Numbered from the stretch's first letter, positions 40,118 to 50,950 are shown. The stretch is 64,000 nt of DNA from Candidatus Heimdallarchaeota archaeon (GCA_018238155.1 JABCTZ010000011.1:64001-128000), one strand, 5' to 3'. Translations and numbers: made by a program. Notes: generated from the letters alone by a model not told the origin.

Positions 40118-40264
40118 ATGGTTGAAGAAAAATCATTCTATAATGAAGATGATTTTGGTGATGATCCAAGTAAATTAACTGAAAATGATATCCCTAAATT
40201 ACTTTGGATGGTTGAAAAAAGAATGCAAAGATCGAATATGCTTTATATTGATAATATGCATTAG
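40118..40264 (+). CDS. Small hypothetical protein (48 aa, not in ORF track)
   Basis: MVEEKSFYNEDDFGDDPSKLTENDIPKLLWMVEKRMQRSNMLYIDNMH; GTGAG upstream. Confidence 0.4.
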   Translation: MVEEKSFYNEDDFGDDPSKLTENDIPKLLWMVEKRMQRSNMLYIDNMH

Positions 40265-40375
40265 GTCGAGAACAATCTTAATAGTCTTAATTTTGATTCA
40301 ATTAGTTCCAATTATTCTGTCTTGCATTAGTTTATTTATCTAGAAAAGAGAAAAACAACCATTTTTAATTAATAG

Positions 40376-40696
40376 TTATTTTTCAATAGCTAATCTTACA
40401 TGAATAATTTTTTTAGAATGTTTATGAGTTTCAACTTTTGTTGCAATAATATTATAGAAAAATAATTTGTCAATCACTGAAACGGGTAAAAATAATATGT
40501 TATCTTTTTCATGTATACCTTGAACAGTTGTTGTGATAAATATTGCTTTATAATTAAAATTAAAATTCTTAATAAGTAAATCAAGAATTTTTTGAACGTA
40601 TACAGGTGGGATGAGTTTCTGAATCCCATTGGACATATGGATACAAACATCCTTCTTTACCAAAAGAATTTTTCTTTCTCCTATAATGGTGCTCAC
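40376..40696 (-). CDS. Hypothetical protein
   Basis: 106-aa ORF only. Confidence 0.4.
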   Translation of the reverse strand: MSTIIGERKILLVKKDVCIHMSNGIQKLIPPVYVQKILDLLIKNFNFNYKAIFITTTVQGIHEKDNILFLPVSVIDKLFFYNIIATKVETHKHSKKIIHVRLAIEK

Positions 40697-40949
40697 TATT
40701 AATCTCTCTTATAACAACATTCGAAATACATCATATAAACACCGTTTTTATCATTTTTAGCGAAAGAAATTTGTTTGAATCATCTTCTAGTATTATATGA
40801 GGAAAATGGAAAAGTGAAGTTTGATTACCGATCAGAGAAGTATTTTGGTCGTTTATCTTACAAGAGGATAGAATAGTTTCGTTTATCTCCCAAGATAACC
40901 GTTAATATTATTATTTTGAATTGATAGAATATCTTCTATCTAACTAATT

Positions 40950-42125
40950 GTGGTCGCAATCGTGGCATTTTTACAAAAATCACAGAATCAAGCAAAGGTT
41001 CCAAAAAAAGAACGAAATTTTCTTTTTCATGTAGATTTAGATTGTTTTTTTGCTGCTGTTGAAATTAGGGAACAACCATCATTGAAAGGGTTACCCATTA
41101 TCGTTGGAGGTGATAAAGAATCAAAAAGGGGAGTTGTTACTACATGTACTTATGAAGCAAGACGATTTGGAGTACATTCTGGGATGTCTATCGTTGATGC
41201 ACTGAAATTGTGCCCTGAATCTATTTGTTTGCCAAGAGGAAATTATCTTCTATATAGGGAAGTTTCTGATAGTGTTATGTCTATATTATCAACATATACA
41301 GACGAATTTCGGTGTGCATCTATTGATGAAGCTTATTTGAATTTAACAAAAATAATCAATAAAGAATTTAATGGAAATCCCATTCCAATAGCTGAGGAAA
41401 TTAAAAAAGAAATTTTTGAAATAGAGGGAATAACATGTTCTATTGGTATTGGATCAAATACAACTATCGCTAAAATGGCCACATCTCAAAATAAACCGAA
41501 TGGAATAACATATATTCCTAAAGAGCACATCAAAGAATTTCTAAAACCTTTACCTGTAAGGAGAATTAGTGGCATAGGTCCTAAATCAGCAGAACGTCTC
41601 CAGAAAAACCATGGCGTTGAAACAATCGGTCAAATTATGAAATTAGAAACAGAATATGAAATGATAAGAAAATATGGAAGCTTGGGGAAATTTTTCTATC
41701 GGATTATATCTGGTGAAGGAAGAACCAAGTTGAAAACTAATGATTATTATGGCGCGCAATCAATCAGTAAAGGTAGAACGTTCTATGGATATCTTGAAGA
41801 TGGAGAGCCAATTACTGCAGAGAAACTGTTACCAAAACTCATAGATCAAGTTCATGAGCGCTTAACTAAAAAATCTTTCAGATTTAAGACAGTAACACTC
41901 GAGATAAAATTACAAAATAGTTTCAAAAATATCAATAAAAGCAGATCTTTCTTAGCTGCAAATGATGATAAAGAGAGAATAAATTCAACTGTTTTTGAAC
42001 TTCTAGAAGAATTTAGGAATACGCACAAAGATGAACCCATAAGAAAAGTCGCTGTACGAGTATCTAATTTTGGAAAAAAGGATTCAAATCAGAAATCCAT
42101 CACAGATTTCTTTAGTGAAAAATAA
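40950..42125 (+). CDS. dinB: DNA polymerase IV (Y family)
   Basis: HVDLDCFFAAVE, TYEARRFG, SIDEAY, KPNG, GIGPKS, C-terminal PIP box QKSITDFF. Confidence 0.95.
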   Translation: MVAIVAFLQKSQNQAKVPKKERNFLFHVDLDCFFAAVEIREQPSLKGLPIIVGGDKESKRGVVTTCTYEARRFGVHSGMSIVDALKLCPESICLPRGNYLLYREVSDSVMSILSTYTDEFRCASIDEAYLNLTKIINKEFNGNPIPIAEEIKKEIFEIEGITCSIGIGSNTTIAKMATSQNKPNGITYIPKEHIKEFLKPLPVRRISGIGPKSAERLQKNHGVETIGQIMKLETEYEMIRKYGSLGKFFYRIISGEGRTKLKTNDYYGAQSISKGRTFYGYLEDGEPITAEKLLPKLIDQVHERLTKKSFRFKTVTLEIKLQNSFKNINKSRSFLAANDDKERINSTVFELLEEFRNTHKDEPIRKVAVRVSNFGKKDSNQKSITDFFSEK

Positions 42126-42136
42126 TCATCATTCAA

Positions 42137-42643
42137 TTATTCTTTATTTAATTTCTTTATACCATAACGGACTTTCACTGCTGTTCCACTTTGAAAAGCA
42201 ATCATATATTCAGCAGATAGCTTGGCTCTACCAACAGCTAAGAGTTTGTCCTCTTCTGATACAATAACTACCTCATCTTCAGGTTGAATTTCAGGGTCAA
42301 CACATACAACGTGTTTAGCAAAAACATTTCGTCCATCAGCAATAAATTCAGCAACATCAGTTTTCACTACAACTCTTCTCTTTGGACTTTTTGTTTTCTG
42401 TACTATTCTTTCTGCTCCTGCCAATCCAAGGGAATATGCACCATCAGTTGGTCTCAATGTTGCTAACCTTTGCTCTTTGTAGATGATTTCTCTGACTTTT
42501 TTGGTTCTTTTAGAAAAGCTTACAAAGATACCTTCTGGAGATAATATATCAGCAAATTCGGAACCAAATTGGTATTGGGCAATTATACGCAATTGTCTTA
42601 TTGTCCAATCATCTGGTTTTATACCCTTAGTTTTTGGAGTCAT
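42137..42643 (-). CDS. PUA-domain protein (archaeosine tRNA-guanine transglycosylase C-terminal-like)
   Basis: IAQYQFG, LATLRPTDG, GRNVFAKHV, AVKVR. Confidence 0.85.
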   Translation of the reverse strand: MTPKTKGIKPDDWTIRQLRIIAQYQFGSEFADILSPEGIFVSFSKRTKKVREIIYKEQRLATLRPTDGAYSLGLAGAERIVQKTKSPKRRVVVKTDVAEFIADGRNVFAKHVVCVDPEIQPEDEVVIVSEEDKLLAVGRAKLSAEYMIAFQSGTAVKVRYGIKKLNKE

Positions 42644-42680
42644 TTCTTACACCACATTAATTACTATTCTATTTCATATT

Positions 42681-43550
42681 CTAATTAATCTTCACATCAA
42701 ATACGATATGATTCATACCGGGTGAAATTTTTTTCACTCGTTTAAAGGCAATATCCATATCCGATATAGTTTCTTGTTCAATAATAACTGCTATTTGTTT
42801 AATCATTTTATCTGTTTCTTTTTCTTTTGCCTGAATAATTTCATGGAAATGAACCATCCCTCCCTTCTTACATAATCTTATTGCTAATCTTTTCTGTTGA
42901 TTATCGCCATTAAAATATCCAAAAAGGACTCTATCAGCTTGACCATGATACTCAGATAAGACTGTTCGATTATCACCAAATATGGCAATCATTCTATTCT
43001 CAACTTTATTCAGTTTGATATTTTGTTCAAGGTATCTATATGCTAAAGGGTTTATTTCAACGGCAACAATTTTCTTTGGCTCATTATTAATAGCAAGAGG
43101 TAGTGAGAGGTTTCCAACACAACTGAACATATCAACAATGAATTCATTTTTTTGTACAATATCGATTAACCTTTTTCTTTCTCCGTGATTACCTGGAGAA
43201 AAAGTAAGCTTGGCGGCATCAATTTTAAACTGACCTCCTAATTCTTTATGAATGGTTTCAGAGTTAGTATCTCCGGCTAGAAAAACAAATTCAGGCGTTC
43301 GAATAATATCTCTTGTAGGACCCACTTTGCCAAAAACGGAGCGAGCTTTCCCTTGTTCTACTTGAAGAAATACTTCACCAAGAATGTGTTTAAAATTAAG
43401 GAGTTGCTTTGGGACAGAAACAATGAGAATGTCTCCAATATACCACCAGCTGTGAGGAATATAAGAGGAAAGATTCGATGGGATTTGATCTTCGAGTAAT
43501 TTGTGTATTATGGCTCTTTTACTTTCACGACCACGAATCAACAAAATCAA
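42681..43550 (-). CDS. Trm5/TYW2 (Met-10+) family SAM-dependent tRNA modification enzyme
   Basis: IGDI, TIHKE, FSPGNHGER, VDMFSCVG, EINP, ADRV. Confidence 0.85.
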   Translation of the reverse strand: MILLIRGRESKRAIIHKLLEDQIPSNLSSYIPHSWWYIGDILIVSVPKQLLNFKHILGEVFLQVEQGKARSVFGKVGPTRDIIRTPEFVFLAGDTNSETIHKELGGQFKIDAAKLTFSPGNHGERKRLIDIVQKNEFIVDMFSCVGNLSLPLAINNEPKKIVAVEINPLAYRYLEQNIKLNKVENRMIAIFGDNRTVLSEYHGQADRVLFGYFNGDNQQKRLAIRLCKKGGMVHFHEIIQAKEKETDKMIKQIAVIIEQETISDMDIAFKRVKKISPGMNHIVFDVKIN

Positions 43551-44068
43551 TCCTTTGAATCATGCCTTTCTAAAAGATCAATCAAGTATCTTGAAATGCA
43601 TTCAACGCTATTCTTTACTTCAGTTGACATTTCTTCCATGTATTCAAGAGATTTAGGTTCGATACCAATAAATATTGCAGAAATATCTTTCAAGTAATGT
43701 TTTAGATACTTCATATACATGGTCATTGATACTTGATGTGGAGTGACCATATAAGCATCATCAATATCTTTCTCTGTAAAAACTCTAATTGTACCTGGTT
43801 TCTCATCCATTTTTGCAGCATCAATTACAACAAGAATTTCTGTATGAAAATCTTTAATCACTCCAGTAAAAGCTTCAGGAACAGGACCTGCATTGATAAT
43901 TTTGATGTTTTCTGCGAATTTTTTTCTTTCAAGCTTCTCTATAACTGCCAATCCAGAATAATCATCTGCTCGGTCAAAATTTCCAATACCCATTAAACAG
44001 ATTTTTTTATTCGTTGAAATAATTTTTAGTAGCTTTTCCTTTTTGATTTCATGATTCATAGAATGCAC
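43547..44068 (-). CDS. Hydrogenase maturation protease (HycI-like)
   Basis: GIGN..RADD, VPE, IDAA, TPH. Confidence 0.85.
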   Translation of the reverse strand: MHSMNHEIKKEKLLKIISTNKKICLMGIGNFDRADDYSGLAVIEKLERKKFAENIKIINAGPVPEAFTGVIKDFHTEILVVIDAAKMDEKPGTIRVFTEKDIDDAYMVTPHQVSMTMYMKYLKHYLKDISAIFIGIEPKSLEYMEEMSTEVKNSVECISRYLIDLLERHDSKD

Positions 44069-44092
44069 CTACAATTAAAAGAAAACTAGGTC

Positions 44093-45667
44093 CTATAGAA
44101 AAGTAGGACCTGAGGGAAGTTCATCAATATATTTCAGTAATTTTTCTGGCCATTTATCTGGATTCGTTCCCTTCTGAGCAACGAAGGCAGAGATATATCT
44201 TTCAAAACTACCACCACCACAACCTGACCAAAGTTCTTTTCCTGATTGTGATTTTACCGTGAAATTCTTGGTATATTTATTTCCTAAAATTGATACATTT
44301 TGTGTCTCTAACCAATTACTTTGATTGCGTTTTCCTCGATAAGGCATATAAATTTCCATATCGATTGTACCAATTTGATCGAAGTTTTTCAATTCAATAG
44401 TGCTCTCCTCTTCATCATCACCTTTGCCTTCTTGTGAAGACCACCAAGGAGTTACCCATGCTTCCCTAAATTCTAGATCAAGAACATCGCCAATAATCTT
44501 CCTAAAATTAGCTCGAAGATCTTGGGCTACCTTCTTTATCTGTTCTGGGAAACCAATATACAAAGTTTCAATACGATGAAGTTCATCTACACGCTCAAAA
44601 CCATGTGCTGCACCACTTTCATATCGAAAAGTTGGTCCTGACCAATCATAATAAAATAATGGAAAACTATCATCACTAATAGTTTTGCCTTGTAAGTAGG
44701 TCCAAAATGGTGGGCATTGAGCAAAACTCAATCCACCGATAGGAGGTCGAAGTTTTTCCATAATTTTTTCAGGTTCAATTTCAAGTGTAATCCTAAAGTA
44801 ATCAGCAATTTCCTCCCAATATTCTGGATCAGCTGTTTTTGGCGTACAAACAAAATATGGTTCAAATCCTCCTTGGTAAATACCTGATAAATGACCGCTT
44901 CTTTTCCATACTTCCCAAGGAACAACTTTGGGAAAAACCATATTTTTAAAACCTAGAGGCTTGTAAAGATGTTCGACCATAATTTCCTTTAGTGTTTCAG
45001 TTAAAGCACTAATAGCTGGTGCAAAAATCCATTGATTGCGATAACTAGTTCTTTGTATCCAACCATCTTTAATCATAATATCAGTAGGATTTTCGTTGGT
45101 AACAGGTTTTTTCTGCTCACTGGACCAAACTACAAGATGATGCTCATCTTTTCCTCGAATGATTTGTTCTACAATCTTATTTCTAACCAATTTAACAATT
45201 CTATCAATAGATCCTTTTTCGATAAAATCAATTGGAATGTTTTTTTCAAGGGTTATTTTTGCAGTGTCATTTGTAAATATAATTGTAGAAACGAAAGGTA
45301 ATGTAAATTCCTTTGCTGGTTTATTTGGAATATCGATGTCTATTTTGTATGACTTAATATCAATACCACTTATTCCTAATCGAAATTCTTTGCCAAATTT
45401 CCCACTGAAAAATTTTCTCATTCTTAGTAAGGCATGATGGGCCGGCATTGTCTCTCCACTAACTACCGTTAAGAGCAGCTCATCTTCTTTCTCATTCACT
45501 GATTTTAAAACCCATTTCTTAACTTTAGAAATCTTCTTTAAATCTCTCTCTTGAATACCTTTTTCTAATAACTGCTGAAGTTCAGTAAACCATTCTTTCA
45601 TTCTTTCTTGAGCTTCAACTGGGAATTTTCCTCGTAACTTAAAACTAAACTGCAAATTATACTTCAT
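44093..45667 (-). CDS. serS: Seryl-tRNA synthetase, methanogen (type 2) form
   Basis: AHHALLR N-domain, AQCPPF, RYESG..GFERVDELHRIE, WSGCGG..ER. Confidence 0.9.
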   Translation of the reverse strand: MKYNLQFSFKLRGKFPVEAQERMKEWFTELQQLLEKGIQERDLKKISKVKKWVLKSVNEKEDELLLTVVSGETMPAHHALLRMRKFFSGKFGKEFRLGISGIDIKSYKIDIDIPNKPAKEFTLPFVSTIIFTNDTAKITLEKNIPIDFIEKGSIDRIVKLVRNKIVEQIIRGKDEHHLVVWSSEQKKPVTNENPTDIMIKDGWIQRTSYRNQWIFAPAISALTETLKEIMVEHLYKPLGFKNMVFPKVVPWEVWKRSGHLSGIYQGGFEPYFVCTPKTADPEYWEEIADYFRITLEIEPEKIMEKLRPPIGGLSFAQCPPFWTYLQGKTISDDSFPLFYYDWSGPTFRYESGAAHGFERVDELHRIETLYIGFPEQIKKVAQDLRANFRKIIGDVLDLEFREAWVTPWWSSQEGKGDDEEESTIELKNFDQIGTIDMEIYMPYRGKRNQSNWLETQNVSILGNKYTKNFTVKSQSGKELWSGCGGGSFERYISAFVAQKGTNPDKWPEKLLKYIDELPSGPTFL

Positions 45668-45735
45668 TATACTATCCTCTGGCTACTAAAAAAAATAATC
45701 GAAAGATAAAACTTTCGAGCAATTCCTTTATTTTT

Positions 45736-46695
45736 TCATATGAAGATTGCAATTATGGGATAAATAAAGAACCCTATACCCATTAGGAAAAAGAATAGTG
45801 AGATAATTATTCGGCGAGAACGTTTAATATCAAAGTAAAGAGCGTTTAAGCGCATTTTTGCAACGCGCTCAAAGGAGAACGGAACGAATTTATCTTTGGA
45901 AGCATCTTTGCCTGGATTGAAAATGTTAGTTGTTCCGCCTCTGCTTAGAGGAACATTTTCAATTACTCCCTTCTCTTTTCTACGGGGATCAAAGATAGCT
46001 TTGGCTTTGTCAGCAAAATCTTTGTATACTCGAGGGAAAAAGTGAAAACTACCAATTTTAATTCCCTCTGAATCAAAATTCATTTCCTCAAGTTTGATAT
46101 CTTTGACAACAAACTTTCTTTCTTTAGTTTTTGAAGAAACTATCCACGCTTCTATAACAATAGATGTTGTTTTCTTTTTTGGAGCAAAGTTTTCCATTAT
46201 CTCAGTATAAAAGAGTCCATCTTCTTGGATTTGTAATATTTCTTCGTAGAGAATGTTTTGCTTCAAATCATAAATGGTAAATTCAATTTCATTATCAATA
46301 CAGTCTTCTATGACATATCCACATACAAGCATACCTTTTCCAACAACAGAAGCATCACTTGGACTAACTAAACGAATGGGGATTTTTCTTTGACCGCCCC
46401 AAAAACCACTTGCTCCACCACCAATAATTGCAATTCCACCAAACATCATTAAATAGATAATGACCCATTCTCCAAAAGTAGACGGATGTTCTGCAGCCAA
46501 AGTATTTGTTATTGCACCTAAAGCTACTGCGATTCCTGAAGAAACAACAAGAATTACAAGAAAAATCAATAATAATTTGTTAAGAGGAATTGGTGGTTTT
46601 GTTTCTTTTTCTTCTTTGTGTAATTCAAGCTGTAAATCATCAATTTCTCCCTCTTCAACATCTTCGGAAATATCTTCAACATTATTCTCTGACAT
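45736..46695 (-). CDS. Hypothetical membrane protein
   Basis: Three hydrophobic segments. Confidence 0.6.
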   Translation of the reverse strand: MSENNVEDISEDVEEGEIDDLQLELHKEEKETKPPIPLNKLLLIFLVILVVSSGIAVALGAITNTLAAEHPSTFGEWVIIYLMMFGGIAIIGGGASGFWGGQRKIPIRLVSPSDASVVGKGMLVCGYVIEDCIDNEIEFTIYDLKQNILYEEILQIQEDGLFYTEIMENFAPKKKTTSIVIEAWIVSSKTKERKFVVKDIKLEEMNFDSEGIKIGSFHFFPRVYKDFADKAKAIFDPRRKEKGVIENVPLSRGGTTNIFNPGKDASKDKFVPFSFERVAKMRLNALYFDIKRSRRIIISLFFFLMGIGFFIYPIIAIFI

Positions 46696-46806
46696 ATACG
46701 ACCACCAAATTGTATAGATTAATATTTGAAATGGCTTTTATTTATCTTTACAAATAAGTGAAAATAGAAATTTTATCAAGAAAACATGTCATTGAAATAG
46801 AATAAT

Positions 46807-47064
46807 TCAACTACTAACAACATTTTGTTCTTGACATATTAAACGATAAGCAATACGTGAAAGATTCATTGCTACACTAAAATTTTCTAATTTGATGAAT
46901 ATAACTGCAAGCTTATTCCAAATTCTTGCATTTTCCGGTTCAAAAGATAATGCTCTGAAAAAATAATTCAGTGAACGTAAATAATTACCTGTATCAAAGT
47001 GTTCTTGCGCTAGTTGAATAAGTAGTTCTGAATTTGTATTGTTTAAAATGAGATTTTGTTCCAA
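46807..47064 (-). CDS. Small TPR protein
   Basis: LAQEHFDTGNY..ALSFEPENARIWNKLA. Confidence 0.7.
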   Translation of the reverse strand: MEQNLILNNTNSELLIQLAQEHFDTGNYLRSLNYFFRALSFEPENARIWNKLAVIFIKLENFSVAMNLSRIAYRLICQEQNVVSS

Positions 47065-47260
47065 TTCGATTATTTTTTTGATTTCTAAAAATTGTTAAAT
47101 CGTGTTTAAGATTATTAGTTTTAGCAGTCATCTATCATTGTCTCAGTTTGTTCTTTAATAATATATATTGATTTTTACTTTAAAACATATAAATTAAAAA
47201 TCAGAAGAGCTTTTTATTAGATAAGAACAAGAAAATGTTCTCAAGAGCGTGCCGTAATTA

Positions 47261-48667
47261 ATGCATAAAGAAATCAAACTGACAGTTAGTGGTACAGGTT
47301 TTGTTGGATTAATAACTGCTGGAATATTTGCCGACAGAGGATTTTTAACAACAGCATTAGATACCGATGAAAATAAAATTGTTACTGTAAATAAGGGAGA
47401 AACATTCTTCTTTGAACCATATCTTCCAGAATTAATCAAGCGAGTAGTTTTGGAGAAAAAAACCTTAATAGCGAGTACAGAAAGGATAAAGTCAATCAAA
47501 GAAAGTGATGTTACACTCATTTGTGTAGGTACACCCTCTAAAAGTGATGGAAGCTGTAATCTAAGCTTTATTGAAAGCGCAGCAGAGGATATTGGAAAAG
47601 CACTAGCACAAAAGGAAGGTTATCATCTTGTTGTAGCAAAATCAACTATTGTCCCTGAGACAACTAGAACATTGATCAAAACAATTATTGAAAAACAGTC
47701 CAATAAAAAAGCGGGTGTTGATTTTGGTTTATGTATGAGTCCAGAATTTCTAAGAGAAGGGCAAAGTGTTCATGATACCATTTTTCCAGATAAAATTGTT
47801 ATAGGACAATTTGATGAAAAGTCGGGTGAAAAATTGGAAGCAATTTTCCAACACTTATATAGAGTTGAAGATGATGACTTTTCCAAAACATGGGGAACAA
47901 TTTTTGGTAAGAAAGTTTCTTGTCCAAAAATACTGCGTCGTTCAATTGAAACTGCAGAATGCATTAAATATGCTAATAATTCATTTCTTGCAACAAAAAT
48001 ATCTTTCATCAATGAATTTGCCAATATTTGTGAACGAGTTCCAGGGGTAGATATCAAACACGTTGCAGAAGCAATTGGTTTTGACTTTAGAATAAGTGAT
48101 AAATTTCTGCAAGCAGGAACAGGATTCGGTGGCTCATGCTTCCCAAAAGATGTAAATGCAATGATTACTTTTGCAAAAGATCATAATTATAGCCCGAAAC
48201 TATTGGAAAGCGTAATGGCTGTAAATATCCAACAAGCAAAAAGAATGGTTCAACTAACAGAAAACGCAATTGGAGATCTAAAAGGGAAACAAATTGCAAT
48301 TTTGGGTTTGTCATTTAAACCCGAAACTGATGATATGAGAAATGCTCCATCAATAAAAATTATTGATGAGTTATTGTCAAAGGGAGCCAATGTAATTGCA
48401 TGGGATCCTAAAGCAATCGAAAAAGCAAAAAAAGAAAGTGAGCTTAGTGATAAGATAACTTATGCAAATACTCTCGGAGAAATTTTTGACAATACTGATG
48501 CATGCCTCTTAGTGACTGAATGGAATCAATTTAAGAAATTAGAACCAAAAGATTTCAAAAAGATGGCAAAACCTGTTGTGATAGATGGGCGAAGGATTTA
48601 TGATTATAAGAAATTCAGAGAAGAAGGTATTATCTGCGTTGGAATAGGTTTAGGAGAAATAAAATAA
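47261..48667 (+). CDS. UDP-glucose/GDP-mannose dehydrogenase family
   Basis: GTGFVG, CVGTP, KSTIVP, PEFLREG, GFGGSCFPKD, FKPETDDMR, DGR. Confidence 0.95.
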   Translation: MHKEIKLTVSGTGFVGLITAGIFADRGFLTTALDTDENKIVTVNKGETFFFEPYLPELIKRVVLEKKTLIASTERIKSIKESDVTLICVGTPSKSDGSCNLSFIESAAEDIGKALAQKEGYHLVVAKSTIVPETTRTLIKTIIEKQSNKKAGVDFGLCMSPEFLREGQSVHDTIFPDKIVIGQFDEKSGEKLEAIFQHLYRVEDDDFSKTWGTIFGKKVSCPKILRRSIETAECIKYANNSFLATKISFINEFANICERVPGVDIKHVAEAIGFDFRISDKFLQAGTGFGGSCFPKDVNAMITFAKDHNYSPKLLESVMAVNIQQAKRMVQLTENAIGDLKGKQIAILGLSFKPETDDMRNAPSIKIIDELLSKGANVIAWDPKAIEKAKKESELSDKITYANTLGEIFDNTDACLLVTEWNQFKKLEPKDFKKMAKPVVIDGRRIYDYKKFREEGIICVGIGLGEIK

Positions 48668-48696
48668 ATTAGCCACAAAAATAAGGTGAATAAGTA

Positions 48697-49647
48697 ATGA
48701 ATCATAACATTTCATTGACAAAAGAATCCATGAGATATCTAAAAGATTTGAAAGAAAATGCTGAGAAATATCAAGTAAAAATTTCAACAATAAACGATGC
48801 AACTATTATTGATTGTGGAATAAACTGTGAAGGGAGTATTGCTGCAGGATTACTCTTTACAAAAATAAGCTTGGGTGGTATAGCAAAGGTAAACATTGAT
48901 TTTCCTGCTGTGAAAAGTATTCCAATGATAGCAATGCGTGTGGAAACTTCATATCCCGTATTGGCAACTATTGGATGCCAGGCAGCAAGCTGGAATATTA
49001 ACAAAGGTGATTTCTTTGGTATGGCTTGTGGTCCTGGACGTGCAGTTGCTCATAAACCATCAAAAATTTACAAATTGATCAATTACAAGGATACTGCATC
49101 ACAAGCGATTCTTTGTATTGAATCGGACAAATTACCTACTACTGAAGTAATAGAATATCTTGCAGATAAATGCAAAGTAGAAAAGAAAAATCTAACCTTG
49201 TTAATGATAAAAACAAGTTGCTTGATCGAGTATTTACAAATGGCTGCTAGAGCAATTGAGTTGGGAGTATTCAAACTAGTAGAGCAATTAGGATATCCTC
49301 ATGAGCGAATTCTCCATGCAATAGGTACAGGTATTGTTGCACCATTATCAATTGATGATGACCTTTCCAATGATCGAGTAAATAATGCTTTAATTTATGG
49401 AACACGATTATATCTGATAATCAAATCAGATGTTGAAGATAATCTAGATGAGCTAGTAAAGCAAATACCCTCTACTTCATCCCATTCTTATGGCAGGAAA
49501 TTTCTAGAACTTTTCAAAGAAGCTGATGGCGATTTTTCAAAAATGGATTTAAATCTCTTAGCACCGTCTGAAGTAATATTAAATGATGTCAGAACAGGAA
49601 AGCTATATCAAGCAGGTAAAATAGATATGAGCTTTATCATGGATTGA
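48697..49647 (+). CDS. mch: Methenyltetrahydromethanopterin cyclohydrolase
   Basis: IDCG, GCQAASW, GPGRA, IE..KLP, QMAARAIE, IPSTSS..YGR.F, LAP. Confidence 0.88.
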   Translation: MNHNISLTKESMRYLKDLKENAEKYQVKISTINDATIIDCGINCEGSIAAGLLFTKISLGGIAKVNIDFPAVKSIPMIAMRVETSYPVLATIGCQAASWNINKGDFFGMACGPGRAVAHKPSKIYKLINYKDTASQAILCIESDKLPTTEVIEYLADKCKVEKKNLTLLMIKTSCLIEYLQMAARAIELGVFKLVEQLGYPHERILHAIGTGIVAPLSIDDDLSNDRVNNALIYGTRLYLIIKSDVEDNLDELVKQIPSTSSHSYGRKFLELFKEADGDFSKMDLNLLAPSEVILNDVRTGKLYQAGKIDMSFIMD

Positions 49648-49717
49648 GTTAGAATTCAATCCAACATCATTCTTTTTCTCCTCAAGGAAAACTGGCAATA
49701 AAAGTAGATAATTGATT

Positions 49718-50230
49718 TTACTCGACAATTTCAAGTTGTTCTTCTTCTTCTTCATCTGTTTTTGGACGTGAATCAATAACTTTGTTAATAATCTCAAGCC
49801 CATGCGTAAGTGAATAAGATGACATATCAAAGTGTTTTACACCACTGTCAGTTAGGAAAACCATCGATTTTATTCTTCTAAGGACAGAATTATGATCTTT
49901 CGTTTGGATATCATTTGCTCGTCCAACAGAGATAACGTCTGACCAACTAATGCGTTCCCACAAGAAACGGTCCCGATAGCGAATTTCTTCTGTATTTACA
50001 TAAAGTTTTACTGTGGCAATTCGGAGAATTCTCCAAAGAGTAATGAAAATCATAACTCCACCAGAGAAAATAATTACAAATTGAGCCATCGTGCTATCAT
50101 CCAAAAGAATCAATGCACCTGTAATAATAATGATCCCAATTACACAACCAATAATTGCTCTAATTGAGCCTAATATTCTTTCCTTAAAATAAGGTGAAAG
50201 TTCAATATTGAAGGGTTCATTATTTACCAT
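49718..50230 (-). CDS. 2-TM membrane protein with PH-like cytoplasmic domain
   Basis: Two TMs followed by ..ISWSDVISV. Confidence 0.6.
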   Translation of the reverse strand: MVNNEPFNIELSPYFKERILGSIRAIIGCVIGIIIITGALILLDDSTMAQFVIIFSGGVMIFITLWRILRIATVKLYVNTEEIRYRDRFLWERISWSDVISVGRANDIQTKDHNSVLRRIKSMVFLTDSGVKHFDMSSYSLTHGLEIINKVIDSRPKTDEEEEEQLEIVE

Positions 50231-50575
50231 TATTGTTTATCTCCTAGTAAAAGTAACCATTAAATTACTTGTATGTATTTATTATCCTACTATTGTTTAA
50301 AACTTTTCATTTAATAGACAATAAAAGCCAAAAAAACCATCCAAAACGCAAACAGAACTTGATAAATTATTAAAAAAAAACTCGGTGATAAGATATTGCT
50401 GAAAAATATGATGAATATTGACTACTTCATACCATTTATACTATATCTCTAAAGCAAATGCTGGTCCCAGACAAGTACATTCCTTTTTCTCTCACTATGA
50501 ATGATCAATAGAAGCTTTTGCAAAAATAATCTATTTCTACTTTGTATCATTTTGATGCAATGGTAATGTTTATTA

Positions 50576-50593
50576 AGTTTGGTTAACCTAACT
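50576..50593. promoter_or_regulatory. Palindromic operator resembling a DtxR/IdeR box upstream of feoA
   Basis: AGTTTGGTTAACCTAACT (one mismatched pair) abutting TATA-like TTTATTAA. Confidence 0.6.
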
Positions 50594-50635
50594 CAAAATA
50601 TACTTGTAAATAACATTTTTAACAGGAGCTAAGAT

Positions 50636-50920
50636 TTGAACAATTCTAAAACCAACGGAAAGCGATACCCAATTGGTTCCAATATTAAGGGTCAAAAGAA
50701 AACATTGCTATCTTTAAAAGTTGGAGAAAAAGGCATTGTTGTAAAGATACTTGGTGGACAAGGTGCTTGCAAACGCCTAAATGAGTTGGGATTTGTTCCT
50801 GGAACAGAAGTAAAACTAGTAAACAAAATTTCAAGTGGACCAGTAATGATTCGAGTAAAAGGATCAAAACTTGCACTTGGAAGAGGATTAGCAAATAAGG
50901 TAGAAGTTATTATAAAATAA
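50636..50920 (+). CDS. feoA: Ferrous iron transport protein A
   Basis: RLNELGFVPG, GPVMIRVKGSKLALGRG.A. Confidence 0.92.
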   Translation: MNNSKTNGKRYPIGSNIKGQKKTLLSLKVGEKGIVVKILGGQGACKRLNELGFVPGTEVKLVNKISSGPVMIRVKGSKLALGRGLANKVEVIIK

Positions 50921-50950
50921 CTTCAAGATAGAACTTTTTCTTTAACTAGG

